From assembly GCA_964016885.1 (NCBI GenBank), contig OZ024741.1, positions 377,890,001 through 377,954,000 of the forward strand: a stretch of DNA of 64,000 nucleotides, in the 5' to 3' direction. Source of the stretch: Eledone cirrhosa (lineage: Eukaryota). The stretch's first letter is position 1. Every line of letters starts with the position of its first letter. A model generated the notes under the pieces. That model was not told the DNA's origin, did not search any database, and saw nothing but the letters and a program-made list of their open reading frames with translations. A program made the translations under genes and the position numbers. This document shows, piece by piece, positions 11,803 through 24,555 of this stretch.

Positions 11803-12014
11803 GGTTGGTGAAGCCACGCTTCTTATCACCTCCAGTCTTTTTCAACGTTTTACCTCTTTTTCAACCGTTCTAAACCTTTTATTCAAGTTTTAAATTTGAT
11901 AAAAGTTTAGAAGTGACCCACCTAATACAGAGGTTCACTAGTAAATAATACGGCTCCCCTTTACTGGGTGTCGTATTCGTATTTGTGTAAAAATATTTTT
12001 TGAAAAATTTCAAC

Positions 12015-14020
12015 ATGGAGAACACAAAAAATAGAGAGGGAGACTTTATCAGATAACACAGAGAGAGGGAGACTTTAACAGCATGTCAACAAGACAGCGT
12101 TCCAGCGAATGTAAATATAAACGAAAATATTACAAAGGAAAAAAAGATTGTTACAGATTTAAAATTAACAAATATTTCTAACACAAACAACACCAACAAT
12201 AACACCAACAACATCACCAACAACAACACCAAAAATAACAGCGGTAAATCGAGAACGACAATAACAAAAATAACAGCGGTAAGGTCGAGAAAGACAATAA
12301 CAATGACAATAACAACAGCCACAACAACAATAATAGTAGGAACAGTATCAAAAAAACAACAACAATAACAACAGCCACAATAACAGTAACAGCAGCAACA
12401 GTATCAACGAAAACAACACCAACAACTGTACCAGCGAAAAGAACAACAATGACACCGATACCTGTATTAGCGACCTCAGCACCACCAGTAAGATCAGTAG
12501 CGGCAGCAATAGTGGTGCTGCTGAAAAAGGGACCACTTCTTTTGCAGGTGTCGCGCGAAATATCGAGACAGTGTTAGTCACAGAGGAGGAGATGGCAGTC
12601 GCAAGGGCCATTGTGACAAGAAGCGCAAATAGTGTTTCCCTGAAACCTCCACCCGATTTTTTCATGGACCAGCAGCTACGAACGGTGACTTACCGCACCG
12701 TAAGGAAAATCTCACATCGAGTGGAGAGAGCCACGGAGGCTCAAATCCAAAAGGCATTGGGGTGCGTCTGGGCACGCAAAACCCACATCAACCGAGGCAG
12801 AAAGTACGCCACAGTAGAAGTACTTTTCGCCACCCCCCAGGTAGCAAAGTCTCACTCTTTGGAAACCCTAAAGAGTGATGAGTTAGTCTTGGTGCCCTCC
12901 TACTGCGGGCAGAAAATTGTGAGGGTCAAAGTGACCCAGGTCCCACCTGACGTGCCCATGCCTTGGCTGGCTGCGTCTGTCCTTGCTGGAATTGAGAACA
13001 GGGCGACGATGCTGCAAGTAGAAAAAATAGGGAGAGAGAACTGGTCAGGTATAGGCATGCAAATGCTTATACAAACTGACCAGAAATGTATGGAGGCTAT
13101 CCCCGATATCATAGAATTTGAGGAAGGACTCCAACTCCCTATAAGTTAGAAGGAAGACGGCCAAAATGTTATCTCTGTGGGTCGAAAGGTCACCTCAGGG
13201 CCTTTTGCCCGCAGAAGACACCGAAGAGGGCCCCTCTCCTTCCAATACCTGGGCCGCTGCTACCGAGAGAAGGAGAGGCAACAAACGAAGAAGCCCCTTC
13301 CACGGTGGGGAGGAGGGCATCATCCGTAGCACCCGTACCAAGGCCACGGATAACTAAAGCAGCATCATCAGTAGCGGCAACACCAATAGCTACATTTGAA
13401 ATAGCTACACCAGCAACAACATTGCCGAAGAGGGCTCCACTACCACCACCAACAGCCGTGGAGCACATACCCCTCCAAGACACCACAGAATCCGACATGG
13501 TGTTTGAGGCGGGAGTGACGTGGCAAACAGTCTGCCACAAAAAAGAAAAAAGAAAAAAACCCTTAGATTCTCCCTCCAAAAGCGAAGGCATTCAAAGAGG
13601 GGTAAAGGCAGCAAGGAAACTTGCAGCAACACCACCTCAAACACCAACAACGCAAACACAAGACACAACACCATACAGCAACAAGAAGAAAACGGCAACA
13701 ACATGACCCGTCCCCTCAAAAAAGTACACAGCCATAAACATAGCAAAAAAAGAACTCATAAAATATATAAAGCAGCACACAGACATCACGGAAAAAATTA
13801 CTACACCCCACCAACACCAAGAACTCTCCCGACAAACATAAGCATCATCGAAATCTCAATAGAACAATACAAATCTTTCAAACAAAAAATCCCCAACGCA
13901 GTTGGCGACTTCAGAGGGACGGTTACCAAGAGCATATACACTGACATCCTCTTGGAAACACCCATGACCAGCGAAAGGGACGGTTCTACTGTCCCTTCAC
14001 CACACGAACAAGGTAAGTGA
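12015..14020 (+). pseudogene. ORF1 of the family B element
   Basis: ATG at 12015, N/T-rich N-terminus, core at 12571-13149, knuckle CYLCGSKGHLRAFC at ~13167-13208; stops and frameshifts present. Confidence 0.8.
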
Positions 14021-14052
14021 CCCTTTCTCATTTGCGCCGTTTCTCATCCAAC

Positions 14053-17000
14053 ATGGCTGTACTCAGAATAGACAGTATAAATGCACGTGGCCTGGGGTCA
14101 TCTTGGAAGCAGGGTCACCTGCTCAATGACCTCAGGTCACTAAACATAGATGTGTTGGCCATCAGTGAAACCAGAATCTCCGAGGCACGGGACTTCGCGC
14201 CGATCTTCGGCGGCTACGATGTATACGCATCTCCCAGCCGTCCAGGATCGGGGGGAGGAGTTGCCGTCCTTTTTCGGAGAGGCTTGGATCTCGCGATACG
14301 GGCCATCTTCCTGGACCCAGAAGGTAAGTCGGTGGTGCTGGACGTAACCGGCAGCGAAGGCCATGCATTCAGGCTAGTAGCCGTCTACGCCCCAACAGAG
14401 GCAGCACGGCCAGATTTCTTCAGACGTCTAGAGACCTTTCTTGGAACGTCCCGCTCTTATGTGTTAGTGGGCGACTGGAACGTTATCTTGGATGCACGCT
14501 GGGATCGTGTGGGGCTAGTGGATAGGGGAGGAGGGTGTAAGAACCTCACCAAACTGCTCAGACGTTTTGAACTGTCTGACAGGTATCGACTGGATCACCC
14601 GAATGTGCCAATATGGACATGGACAAACCGCATCGGGTCATCCGGATCGTATCTAGATAGGGTATTCTACAGGGAACTAGATAAGGCTAGTATAACTTGT
14701 CCACAATTTAAAATAGTCGACTACACAGACGACACATTTGTGATGTGTGAGATCGACATAGACAGACTTCATAGACAAGAGACTGGTTACTGGAAGCTGA
14801 ACGCGTCTTTCCCGGCTCACAAGGCCTGCAGGGACCGGATTAGCGTATTAGTTAAGCGGGCGTTGACGGGAGCGGTCGTCAACAACAGGTGGTGATTCGC
14901 CCTGAAAAGGGCAATTAAAGTAGAGTCGATTAGGTTTAGCAAAAGAGTAGTGATAGAGGAAAATAGAGTAGAGGGAGAGCTAGTCAGAAAGCTAGAAGAG
15001 GCGTTTAGGACAGGCATCGCAACTGACGTGCTTGCGGCGAGATTGGTACTCGACCAATTCTTCAACGCAAAACACGAAGGCTGCGTTGTCAGAGCTAGAG
15101 CGCGTGCTCTGAAACACGGGGAGACAAAAGCCGTCCAATGGGCCAGGGTTGCAGAGGCTCGACGTGGCAATAAAGCGACAATTCGGTTTTTGTCTGAACA
15201 AAACGGGTGCGTGATGCTCGAACCCGAGCGGAGTGTGAAGCTTTTCAGCAGCACTTTGCTGAACTGTTCTGGAAAGGCGGCGGCCCGGATCGGGGCATGG
15301 ACTTCAGTGCATACCTCAAAGGACTGCCTCTGCTCTCGACGACCGCAGCACAGTGTTGCGAAAAGCCAATAATAGCCGGTGAAATACGGGAAGCGATGGC
15401 TAACTGCACAAGAGGTAAATCGCCAGATTTAGATGGTCTGGCCTACGAGCTTTATGCATTTATGCCAGACTTGTTCGGTGTCCTCTTGGCAGACGTCTAC
15501 TGCAACTGGCAGCAGAACGGGAGCATTCCCAGTTTTGTGAGCCGGGAAGCAGTGGCGCTGCTGAGAAAAGACCCGAACAAGGGGGATGTTATTGATAATT
15601 TCATGCCCATAACTCTGCTAAACGCAGAGTTCAAGATTTTGTCCAAGGTGTTAGCAACGAGGTTGGCGCTTGTCATCAGGGGTCTGGAGGCAGAGGCGCA
15701 GACATGCGCCATCCCGAACAGATCCATACACGACAACCTCCACCTCATGCGATACATCATAGAGAGGGTGGTTAATGAACCTGGCAAGGGAGGGGCCCTG
15801 ATCAACTTGGATCAATCCAAAGCATTCGATATGGTCGACCATCGGTACCTGGCGGCGGTCCTCGAGGTAGCCGGTTTCGGGCACCTTTTCAGGCGTTGGA
15901 TCGCAGCAATGTACAACGACATCTGCTCAGTTGTCACGGTGAACGGTCACCTGTCGCAGCAGTCATCAATCGCTTAGTCTGTTCAGCATCATGCGCTCAG
16001 TCCGCCAGGGTTGTCCCCTCTCGTCCTTCTTGTACGTATTGGCTCTCGAGCCGTTACTGCACAAACTGGGGGCGATGAGGGGCGTCCCACGCGAACTAGG
16101 ATGCGGGAAATCCGAGTTGGCTTACGCTGACGATGTCACCAGACACGTCCAGATGCTCGGCACCGCTCTCAAGGAATATGAAGCGGTGACAGGAGCGAAG
16201 ATAAACCAGGAAAAGTCCATACCGTCCGACAGCGTCGTGGTGCGTTGGACGGCCGGACCGGTTAAATTGCTCGGGGTCTGGTTCGGACCGGACCTCCAGA
16301 TGGAGAAAAACTGGAACGAGGTGACGAGCAGGGTGGCCTCCCTCACCCAGAAATGGCCTGAGAGGAAGCTGTTCCTGAAAGGCCGGGCCGAAGTGGCGAA
16401 TGCGTACATCGCATCCGTCATCTGCTACCGCCTCACCGTCGTCCCTTGCTCCAGCCCAACTCACACCGAAATGGAGCGCCTCCCCTTCCGCTTTTTGTTG
16501 AAGGGACGCGCTCTCATGGCCAGACGATCCATCTGCTGTCAACACCCGTTGCGTGGAGGACTGGTCATGCCATGGCTGATGATGCGCAAACATGCGCTGA
16601 GGCTGCGACATCTCTGGTGCTTACTTGATGGTGAACGGGTGTGGTCGCCGTTCGCCAGGCACATTTTTCCACAGCTCGTCTCCTTGACGGAGCTGCAGTC
16701 CTGGGTCAGAAAAAGACCGAGGGATAGCGCTTGGAAACTGGAATGTCTCCAGGCGCTCACTGCCCTCTCCGAGTTGGGTACCAGTATCGGTGGAACATCC
16801 ACCTCGGCGTTCTATAGAGGACTAGTGGATGGGAAGAGCGACGACGTTCTCGGAGAGATCCTTGTTATCGAAGAAGATCAGCTGTTTGCTCTTTTCCGGA
16901 GAACTTTCAGCCCGTGGCCTATGGATAACTTCCAAAACTCCCTGGCCTGGCAGTGCTACCGGGGAGCGTTGCCGGTTCGAGATAAGCTTTACAGGCACGG

Positions 17001-17435
17001 AGGTGCCGTCAGCCGAGCCTGTCTGAGATGCGCGCATAGCGACGAAACCGTTGTGCACGTACTCGTTCAGTGCCCGAGCATTGCTGACTTGTGGAGCTAT
17101 GTCGAAAGGTGCTGTTACGTGTGGGACTGATCCGGTTGTCGACTGAGTCCATTGTGCAGAGGGTCTCGCTGTCTTCCTTTTAGGGGGAAGGGCAGGCGGT
17201 TTTCATCTGCCTGGTAGCCATGGCGAAAGAGATTGTGTGGTGGACAAGATTAAAAGGATTAAAGACAAACACTTTCCTCTTCGGCGAAGCCCTAATTAAC
17301 TTTTTCAAGTTTCACTTGAAGAGGAAAATCAGGGTGGAGAGGCAAGTGCTGCTTTCTCGCAAGTTTGTTGTAAGGTGGGTGAATGTAGCGAGAATGGTCC
17401 GAGTGAACGGTACCACTCTGAATATACGTCTGTAG
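14053..17435 (+). pseudogene. ORF2 of the family B element
   Basis: MAVLRIDSINARG, GDWN, DQSKAFD, RQGCPLS, YADD, CLRC..ETVVHVLVQC; disrupted. Confidence 0.9.
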
Positions 17436-17726
17436 TTAGAGAGATGGAAAAATTGAGAGAGGGCGCTTTCTCTGGTAGTCAGGGTGACCGTGGTCTTTTG
17501 TGTGGTTTTCCCCTCGAGTAACCCTCGGAGGTTTCCCCCCTATTGGGACATTTTTCATTGTTTCAATTTTCATTTTTATTGTTTATATATATATATGTTT
17601 TATGTCTTTTTTTCTTTTCTTATATAAATAATAAAAATATTTACACGCACAAAACCCACATCGTACCGTCCTGTTCCGCCTGTGAAGTTTTTCTTGATGT
17701 CAGCCCTTGTGGCCAATAAAGAAATC

Positions 17727-17753
17727 ATTATTATTATTATTCTTATTATTATT
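17727..17753. repeat. imperfect (ATT)n/(AAT)n tract shared by the Tx1 (+) and R4/Dong-like (-) 3' ends
   Basis: Read directly from the sequence. Confidence 0.85.
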
Positions 17754-18262
17754 CTTTGAGTCTCAGTCATTGATGTTAGTTAACTGGAAAGTTTGTTGAA
17801 ATGAATATCAAGCCACTACCTGCAGCCTCAGATATTCAGGACGTATAGGAGGGTTCTTGCTGTTCCCAGCAAGCATACCTTTTGAAGCGTTCCAAAAAGC
17901 CTGAAGGGGCCAATTTTATTTAACCATCCCTGGAAACTTTTTGAGATAGTCCCTAGTGCGCTTATGACAATCGGGATCACTTTGACTTCATGGCAGTTCC
18001 AAATCCTTTTTACCTCCCACTTAAAGTCCTGGTATCGGTTAATTTTCTCCCTCTCCTTCTCTTGCACTCTCGTGTCGAATGGGCAGGCCACATCCACAAT
18101 CAGGCACCATCTTTTTTCTTTGTCCACAACCACCAGGTCAGGTCTATTGTGTTCCAGTTTCTTGTCCATCTGTATCCTAAAATCCGACAGCAGCTTCACC
18201 TGATCGTTTTCTATCACCGACTCTGGCTTATGCTCACACCACTTCTCAGAATGTGGTAAATT
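17754..18262 (-). mobile_element. 3' fragment of an R4/Dong-like non-LTR element (restriction-like endonuclease domain)
   Basis: W.EHKPESVIEN..RPDLVVVDK..IVDVACPFD..EKINRYQD (PD..D RLE motif), short 3' UTR, (AAT)n tail. Confidence 0.82.
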
Positions 18263-18311
18263 CTTCTTCTTCTTCTTCTTCTTCTTCTTCTTCTTCTTCT
18301 TCTTCTTCTTT
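18261..18311 (-). repeat. (GAA)n tract, probably the tail of the adjacent RTE fragment
   Basis: (TTC)n on the + strand; explains the poly-K in ORF 17828..18370. Confidence 0.85.
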
Positions 18312-18900
18312 AGAAGTTCGTGTTGGCAGAGTCCGCAAACAATCGTTTCAGTGGGTCCTATAAGAAACAACGGTCTTCAACTAAACGAACTGGATAACCA
18401 TGGGAGACCAGTCAAACTAAGGGATATTAGTCAACCATCTTGCCCAGGGTATACCCGGAGTCTCCAGTCGATTCGTTTTGCCCGTAAAATCTAACTGTAT
18501 GCCTATAGTCTCAGAGCTGTGATCTCTCAAATCGGAAAGGCAGCTGATCTATATGGAATGACTCTGTCATCACTGAGCTACGCGATCGATCGAGTAACGT
18601 CACTCCCAAGACTCTTCAGAGGAACCCCATTTCGGCCGCTTTCAGTCATATTCGCGATCGTACTTTTTCTTTCATTACACAAGGTGATTCATGGCCAGAG
18701 GCAAGGGTTGACAGGAATACCAAATTGAAGATAATGAGTTTATCTCTTACACACCTTTTTCTCTGATTACCGAATGATAAAGCCCTTGCATTGCTGTACT
18801 GGTTCATGCAATTTTTGCACTTTATTCAGTCGCCTCCTGCCTTCCATTACTCGTGAACACGTGACCGAGATACTTGAACTTCTCCACCTGGTCTAATTTC
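18312..18900 (-). mobile_element. decayed 3' part of an RTE-clade (Expander/Rex3-like) LINE
   Basis: Minus-strand peptides LDQVEKFKYLGHVFTSNGR, GHE and AAEMGFL*RVLGVTLLDRSRSSV. Confidence 0.72.
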
Positions 18901-19052
18901 TATTTACGAATGTTTCAACGTATATACATTTATATCTATTAGATGCAATATTTCCCTATCATAGGTTAGCATCTTCTGACTGTGAACAAAATAAACTGAC
19001 CAATAATAATTTGTACTCTGTTCACGAGGAAATTTAGATGTTATATTACCTT

Positions 19053-19233
19053 GTGGATTGGCACTATCGGTAGAGGGTCGGACGCCATGCTTTCAAGCAT
19101 AGTTACGTCCCTTTACGATCTGAGTTCAAATCCCGCCGAGGTTGACTTTGCCTTTCATCCTTACGGGGTCGATAAAATAAAGTACCAGTAATGCACTGGG
19201 TAATTGCTGGCCTTGTGCCTAAAGTAGAAACAA
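19053..19233 (+). mobile_element. tRNA-type SINE
   Basis: A-box-like TGGCACTATCGG (19059), B-box GAGTTCAAATCC (19122), core GCCTTTCATCCTTACGGGGTCGATAAAATAAAGTACCAG, tail GGCCTTGTGCCTAAAGTAGAAAC. Near-identical copy at 43970-44154 (-). Confidence 0.85.
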
Positions 19234-20056
19234 GTATTTATTCGTACACTCTATTTTAGGGAAGTTTAAATGTAAAAATAAATGTTTGCTTTTCATAAAT
19301 GTATCCAAAAGCAATACGTTCGGCATAATTCAAAATAATCCATATATCGTATAAGTGTGTTTAGATAAAACATGTTTATTTACCTATTAAATTCATTTAT
19401 TATTAATTTTAATTTATGTAATGACGATAGATTGATAGATAAATAGATAGATATGTAGAGAAACAGTGTAACAGAAGCCGCATAATAAATAGCATGCTTT
19501 AATCCAGTTACATTCTCTTGCATTTGCTTGGAGCTATTATCAATGTGGTCTTCAAAGTTTAGTTGAAATATCTTACTGTGAATGCTATTCTCAGCAAAAT
19601 TTAATAATCAGTATATTATAGCTTTGGGCAACATAAATTGCAATGAATCATTTCATGTTTCTAATCACCCTGGTTGTACTTGCTGATAGCTCAAAGCCTT
19701 TACTGAAATCGGAGGATATATCTCAGTTGAATAATACATAACACGGATTCTAACATGGGAAATGCATGAAACCATGACAATTACCAACATTCACATATGT
19801 ATATAAGGAAATCCGCAGACAAGTAGTAGGATTATTACGTAGTATTAATATAGACAAGGGCTGATTGTTTGCAAATAGGTGCATATACTTATGGCATCCA
19901 CCATTTTACATATACTGGTTTATCTTTCATTATTTTCCGCCTTATTAAATGAAAGGGCATGTTTAAATTTACAAAAATAATACCATGTCTACCCTGATTG
20001 GATTTGTAACTGCCCATTGATATTTCGTTTCCGATTCAGAGTAATTATTTTCTTTT

Positions 20057-20268
20057 GGTTGATTGGCAGAATCAGTAGAGCGACGGACAACATGCTATGA
20101 TGCATGGAGTTACGCCCCTTTAGATTCTGATTTCAAATCTCACCGAGTTTAGCCTTGTCTTTCATCCATACGGTGTCTGTAAAATAAAGTTTCATTGAAG
20201 CTTTGGGGGTCGATATAATCTATTTTCTCATCCGACTAAATTAGCTGGCCTCTAGTTGAAATCATTAT
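20057..20268 (+). mobile_element. older copy of the same SINE group
   Basis: TTGGCAGAATC..TTCAAATCTCACCGAG..TTTCATCC..AAAATAAAGT..GCTGGCC..GAAATCATTATT. Confidence 0.7.
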
Positions 20269-22454
20269 TTTTTTTTAAATATTGCTTAATAGTATACTAT
20301 ATAATATGCTGTGTTATTTAGGGGGTCTGTACAATAACGTCGGCCATGATTTTAATATATCAACAAGTTTATAATTATAGTTGTCATTTTATACATGGCT
20401 ATAAAACACATTAGTAGAAACAGATAAATCAATTCAAAACCTAGACCTGTTTCTTATATATATTGAAATTACTTGAATAATTAATCCAACGTGCCTTTCA
20501 CTAATGTTCTATAAACGAAGTACACAAATTAATTAGATTTGTTTTATTACTTTGTCTCAGAACATTAGCGGAAAATTTGCTAGCTAAATGGAGAAAATAT
20601 TACACATGGATATCTTGTAATGTTATATTCAGGAATGTAATTATTCTTCTCTTAACTGGCTTTCAATATAATGCAATCCTATATATGATTTTCAAATTAG
20701 CATATTGTCTTTTTTTCCATGCAGCCACTGGATCATGCTAAACATGTATATCTATGTTCTATTCTCTGTTATTTTACAGACTATTGGCCATTAGTGAAAC
20801 CATCATTTTTGTTTTCATTGATATATTAATCACATTAAATTCCATAGGGTAAATGTCTTGCCTCTATTTGGGTTAGTTACAACAAAATTAGCTTTCTTTC
20901 TATGCTCTATCAAAGTTTTGAATTGTAGTAGTCCGAGAATATTGTTATCTAGTCTATTACCATAGATATTTATTCAGCAATATACAGAGTGAATCAACTT
21001 ACTGATTCAGACGCTAATAATCCACTGACCCATGTTCACCATACCTCTCAGAAACGAAATATTATAACACCAATATTTCTAAATAATTAGTTCCTAAGTG
21101 TGTTGCATAATTCCGTATTAAATTACTTAGATGATTATTATCCACACCCCAAAATCTTGCAAGCCACTCATTTGAAATGCAACAGATGGATCGCATAAAA
21201 ATTTACATGTATTGCAGCAACAGGTTTTAATTAATGTGTAAAATCTCAAATTGGTAGTGTGTGGATTGAGTTTAAATGTTAACATTCAGGCAGCAATAAA
21301 TTTATGGTTTGATGGTTAGAAAAATTATATTAGTTAGTATGATGGTCATATTTTCTCAATGGTGTAATGGCCCAAGGAATTGAATGTTTGTTGCGGTGTT
21401 GATGCATTATCAATGTAGGGATTGTACTTCGAACCTGGTCAACCTGCACACTACTATGTTTCTATAACTGTATTGTATCATTTATTATATTATTAATGCG
21501 CATTTGAGTGTTGCCTTTGCGTTTCTTATAAAGGCAGATTTCTACGCGTAACGTCAGACACCAAGCTCCCATTCCTATATCACAGTTAATTGCTTAGTAA
21601 TTAAACCAAAGCTTAACCAGTTCTTGGACATGTTTAAACAGGCAATATCATAGAACGAATAAAACCTTGAAATTACGCTTATGGAAAGTTTGCAAACGTA
21701 CAGGTCAGTAATCTGTTGCAGTTAGTAATGAGAAATGTAAACCGTAAAATTTTTATAATCTTCATCGTAATCGCCACGCAGATCATTAGCCGTTCCATTA
21801 TCTTGGTCAGAGTTAATATGTTCATGATCCACATTAAAGTGCGCCTCAGCAGCGCTAGAAGGAGAAGTACTACAATAATAGCTTCAGTGATGATCTTCGA
21901 AGAATCCATTATATTCCCATCAACCTGGCAATTATAAACTTCACCATTATTCTCATTATTTTCCTTAGCGTCATCATGTTTGTCCAATTGGATATCGTTA
22001 TTTTGATCATCAACGCTGTACTCGCATTAAAACATCATTATCAAAATCATAAACATGTTCATCATTACGATAAGCATGTGTTTTTTAGCTCAGGCTCTCA
22101 ATTCACACATTCATGGATGCTGGATTACTATCACTAAACAGTTAATATCACGTTACTGCCTTCGTGCTGGCTCCAAGACAATGAAATACAAATGTTGCTT
22201 GTACAGTAAATATCTACCATACAATACATCTGAAAAAGCCTGAAGTGTAAAAGAACCGAAACGCTGTGATATAACTTCCACGTTGAGAGGAATAATCCTG
22301 TCAGCTTTGAAATGATGATGAAAGATGCACCTCATAAAACAGTTTTAATAAAACTATTGCCTCAAATTTATAAAACAACACGTGTATTAGTCTATTTTCC
22401 GTATTGAGGAAATTCCTCGTTAATAAAGAAATTGTACTTGGGTATATTATTACT

Positions 22455-24540
22455 AATATTGTTTACTTGGAGTCTTAGCCATTGATGTTATTTAATTGGA
22501 AAGTTTGTTCAAATGTACATAAAGCTGCTACTTGCAGCCTCCGTTATTCAGGACGTATCGGAAGGTTTTTGCTATTTACAGAAAGCATGCCTTTTGAAGT
22601 GTTCCTAAAAGGGGGGCTGGACTAATATTCTTTAGCCACACTTAAAAACGCTTCGAGATAGTACCTACTGCTCCTATCACAATCGGGAAGATCTTGACTC
22701 ATGTCAGTCCCGAATCATTTTTAATTCCCACTTTAAATCCTGGTATGGGTTAATTCACTCCTCTTTTTGTTGCACTCGTGTGTCAAAGGGGAAGGCTACA
22801 TCTACTTTCAGGCATGATCTTTTCTCTTATCAAAAACCACCAGGTCAGGCCTATTGTCTTCTAATGTTTTGTCTGTCTCCATACTGAAATCCCATAGCAC
22901 CTTCACTCCATTATGTTCTCCCACCACTTCTCAGAATGTGGTAAATTATTTAATTTGCATAAATGCCTGTGAATCACCTTTCCTTTTATATCATGCCTCC
23001 ATCCTTTATAGTGAGTCTGGGATAGGTGCTTACACTCGGATACGATGTGAGCCACAGTTTCTTTACTAACTCCACAGATCCTAGAGAGTGGACTAGCATA
23101 CTCCTTCGATCAGAAGGCTTGCTCCTGTGCATCCAGGAGGATTCGCCTTGTAGCTTTAAGATCTCTTTTTAACCAGCTCCATGACAGTCGATCTTTGAAT
23201 TCCGTTTTCACAAAAAGGGGCTATGAAGATAATTTTTCATGAAGGTTGCTATTCATCTTTGCTGTTACTTTCTTCTTTGTCATCCCCTGTTCTATTGTCT
23301 ACCCCTCAGTACGACATGTTTGTGAGGACAGCTCCTATTCATTTGAACACAGTCCTCAAAGCTGATATTACCTCTTCCTCTTTCAGATCTCTTTTACTAG
23401 AGTCTATCAACATACTCCTTTTTATCCATTTCACTTTTTTTCCAGTAACGTCCCATTTGATAATTTCCGGACAACACCAAACAGCATGCATAGCTCGGTA
23501 AGCGACTACACTCATGACATTCCTACTATTTAGATGTAATTCTATCATGTTCCTTACTCTCCTTATGTATGCAGATCTTTTCAAATCCTTCTTGTTATTG
23601 TTCTTGATGTCATCTGCCTTCAGAACACACACATACCTGTCTCCCTCTTCAGTGTCTATCTCATTTATCATCTCGACCGTTGGTACCTCGATTTTGTTGC
23701 TTTTTTCCATTTACCTCACCTCATCACTCGGACTCCACGGTTATTAATACCAAATTCTGTACATATATTATTGTTGAAAATACGGACAGTGTTAACAAGT
23801 ACATGGAACTCTCCGCTTTTCCCAAATAGTCTTAGATCGTCCATGACGGGGAGGTGGTTGATGGGAGGGCTTTTCTCTTCCCAGCTTGTATCTTGCTTTC
23901 AATTTTCGCAATATTTGTCACAAGGATATGAGAGAAAGGACAAACAATAAAAGGGACAATCTATCTTATTGGAAGATACCTCCCTTGATTTTCACTCCTC
24001 CCAAGGATTCTCAACCTTATGTTAGCTCTGTCTAGCAGGTCTTGTTACTAAAAAATAAGGAACCATGTTGAATGCCTTCTTTTAGTCTATCCATCCCATG
24101 GTATGAGCAGTTTTCCTCTTCTTGCAGTTCCTTAATACCATCCTTTCAGTAAATAACTATTTTTTGGACCCCCGGACTTCTTCCGGCATAATTCATGTCC
24201 GTCTGATAATAAGTTGTTGATGTTGAGGGGATAGTAGACTTATTTAGACTAATTGATTATGGAGGACAGACATGTGATAGGCCAATATTTGGTAAAATAA
24301 TTACCCTTGATTCGGTCTTTCATTACCAGAATTGTGGTACACCAAGCAGTCATTTAACATGGCTGAGAGTTTTGGGTGGAGGGACGGTATATTTTTTCCA
24401 ATATATTGCACACTATCTGGGCATGGTGATCTCCAGTTGGTTAGTGTATTGGCCGTGATACTCAATTTCAAGTTGTTGTTGTGCTCATTCACTAATTACC
24501 TTTTTAACTACCTCAATCCACAACAACTCCAACAAGACCA
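22455..24540 (-). mobile_element. decayed R4/Dong-like element (RT + RLE), 5'-truncated
   Basis: 22465-22947 is homologous to 17754-18262. Minus-strand RT remnants: NWRSPCPD, IKGGIFQ*DRLS, INHLPVMDDLRLFG. Confidence 0.8.
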
Positions 24541-24555
24541 TTACCAACACGCATG

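Larger units (their letters stand above)
11803..17726 (+). mobile_element. Tx1-like family B element (divergent relative), full length
   Basis: Unrelated 5' UTR and ORF1 N-terminus, homologous ORF1 core (QIQKALGCVWARKTHINRG) and ORF2; ends AATAAAGAAATC+(ATT)n. Confidence 0.92.

Noticed and set aside
17828-18370. 180-aa ORF with poly-Lys read as a single gene
   Set aside because: Chance fusion of an RTE 3' end, a (GAA)n tract and an RLE fragment.
19059-19135. tRNA gene
   Set aside because: The A/B boxes belong to a multicopy SINE head; no cloverleaf can be drawn.
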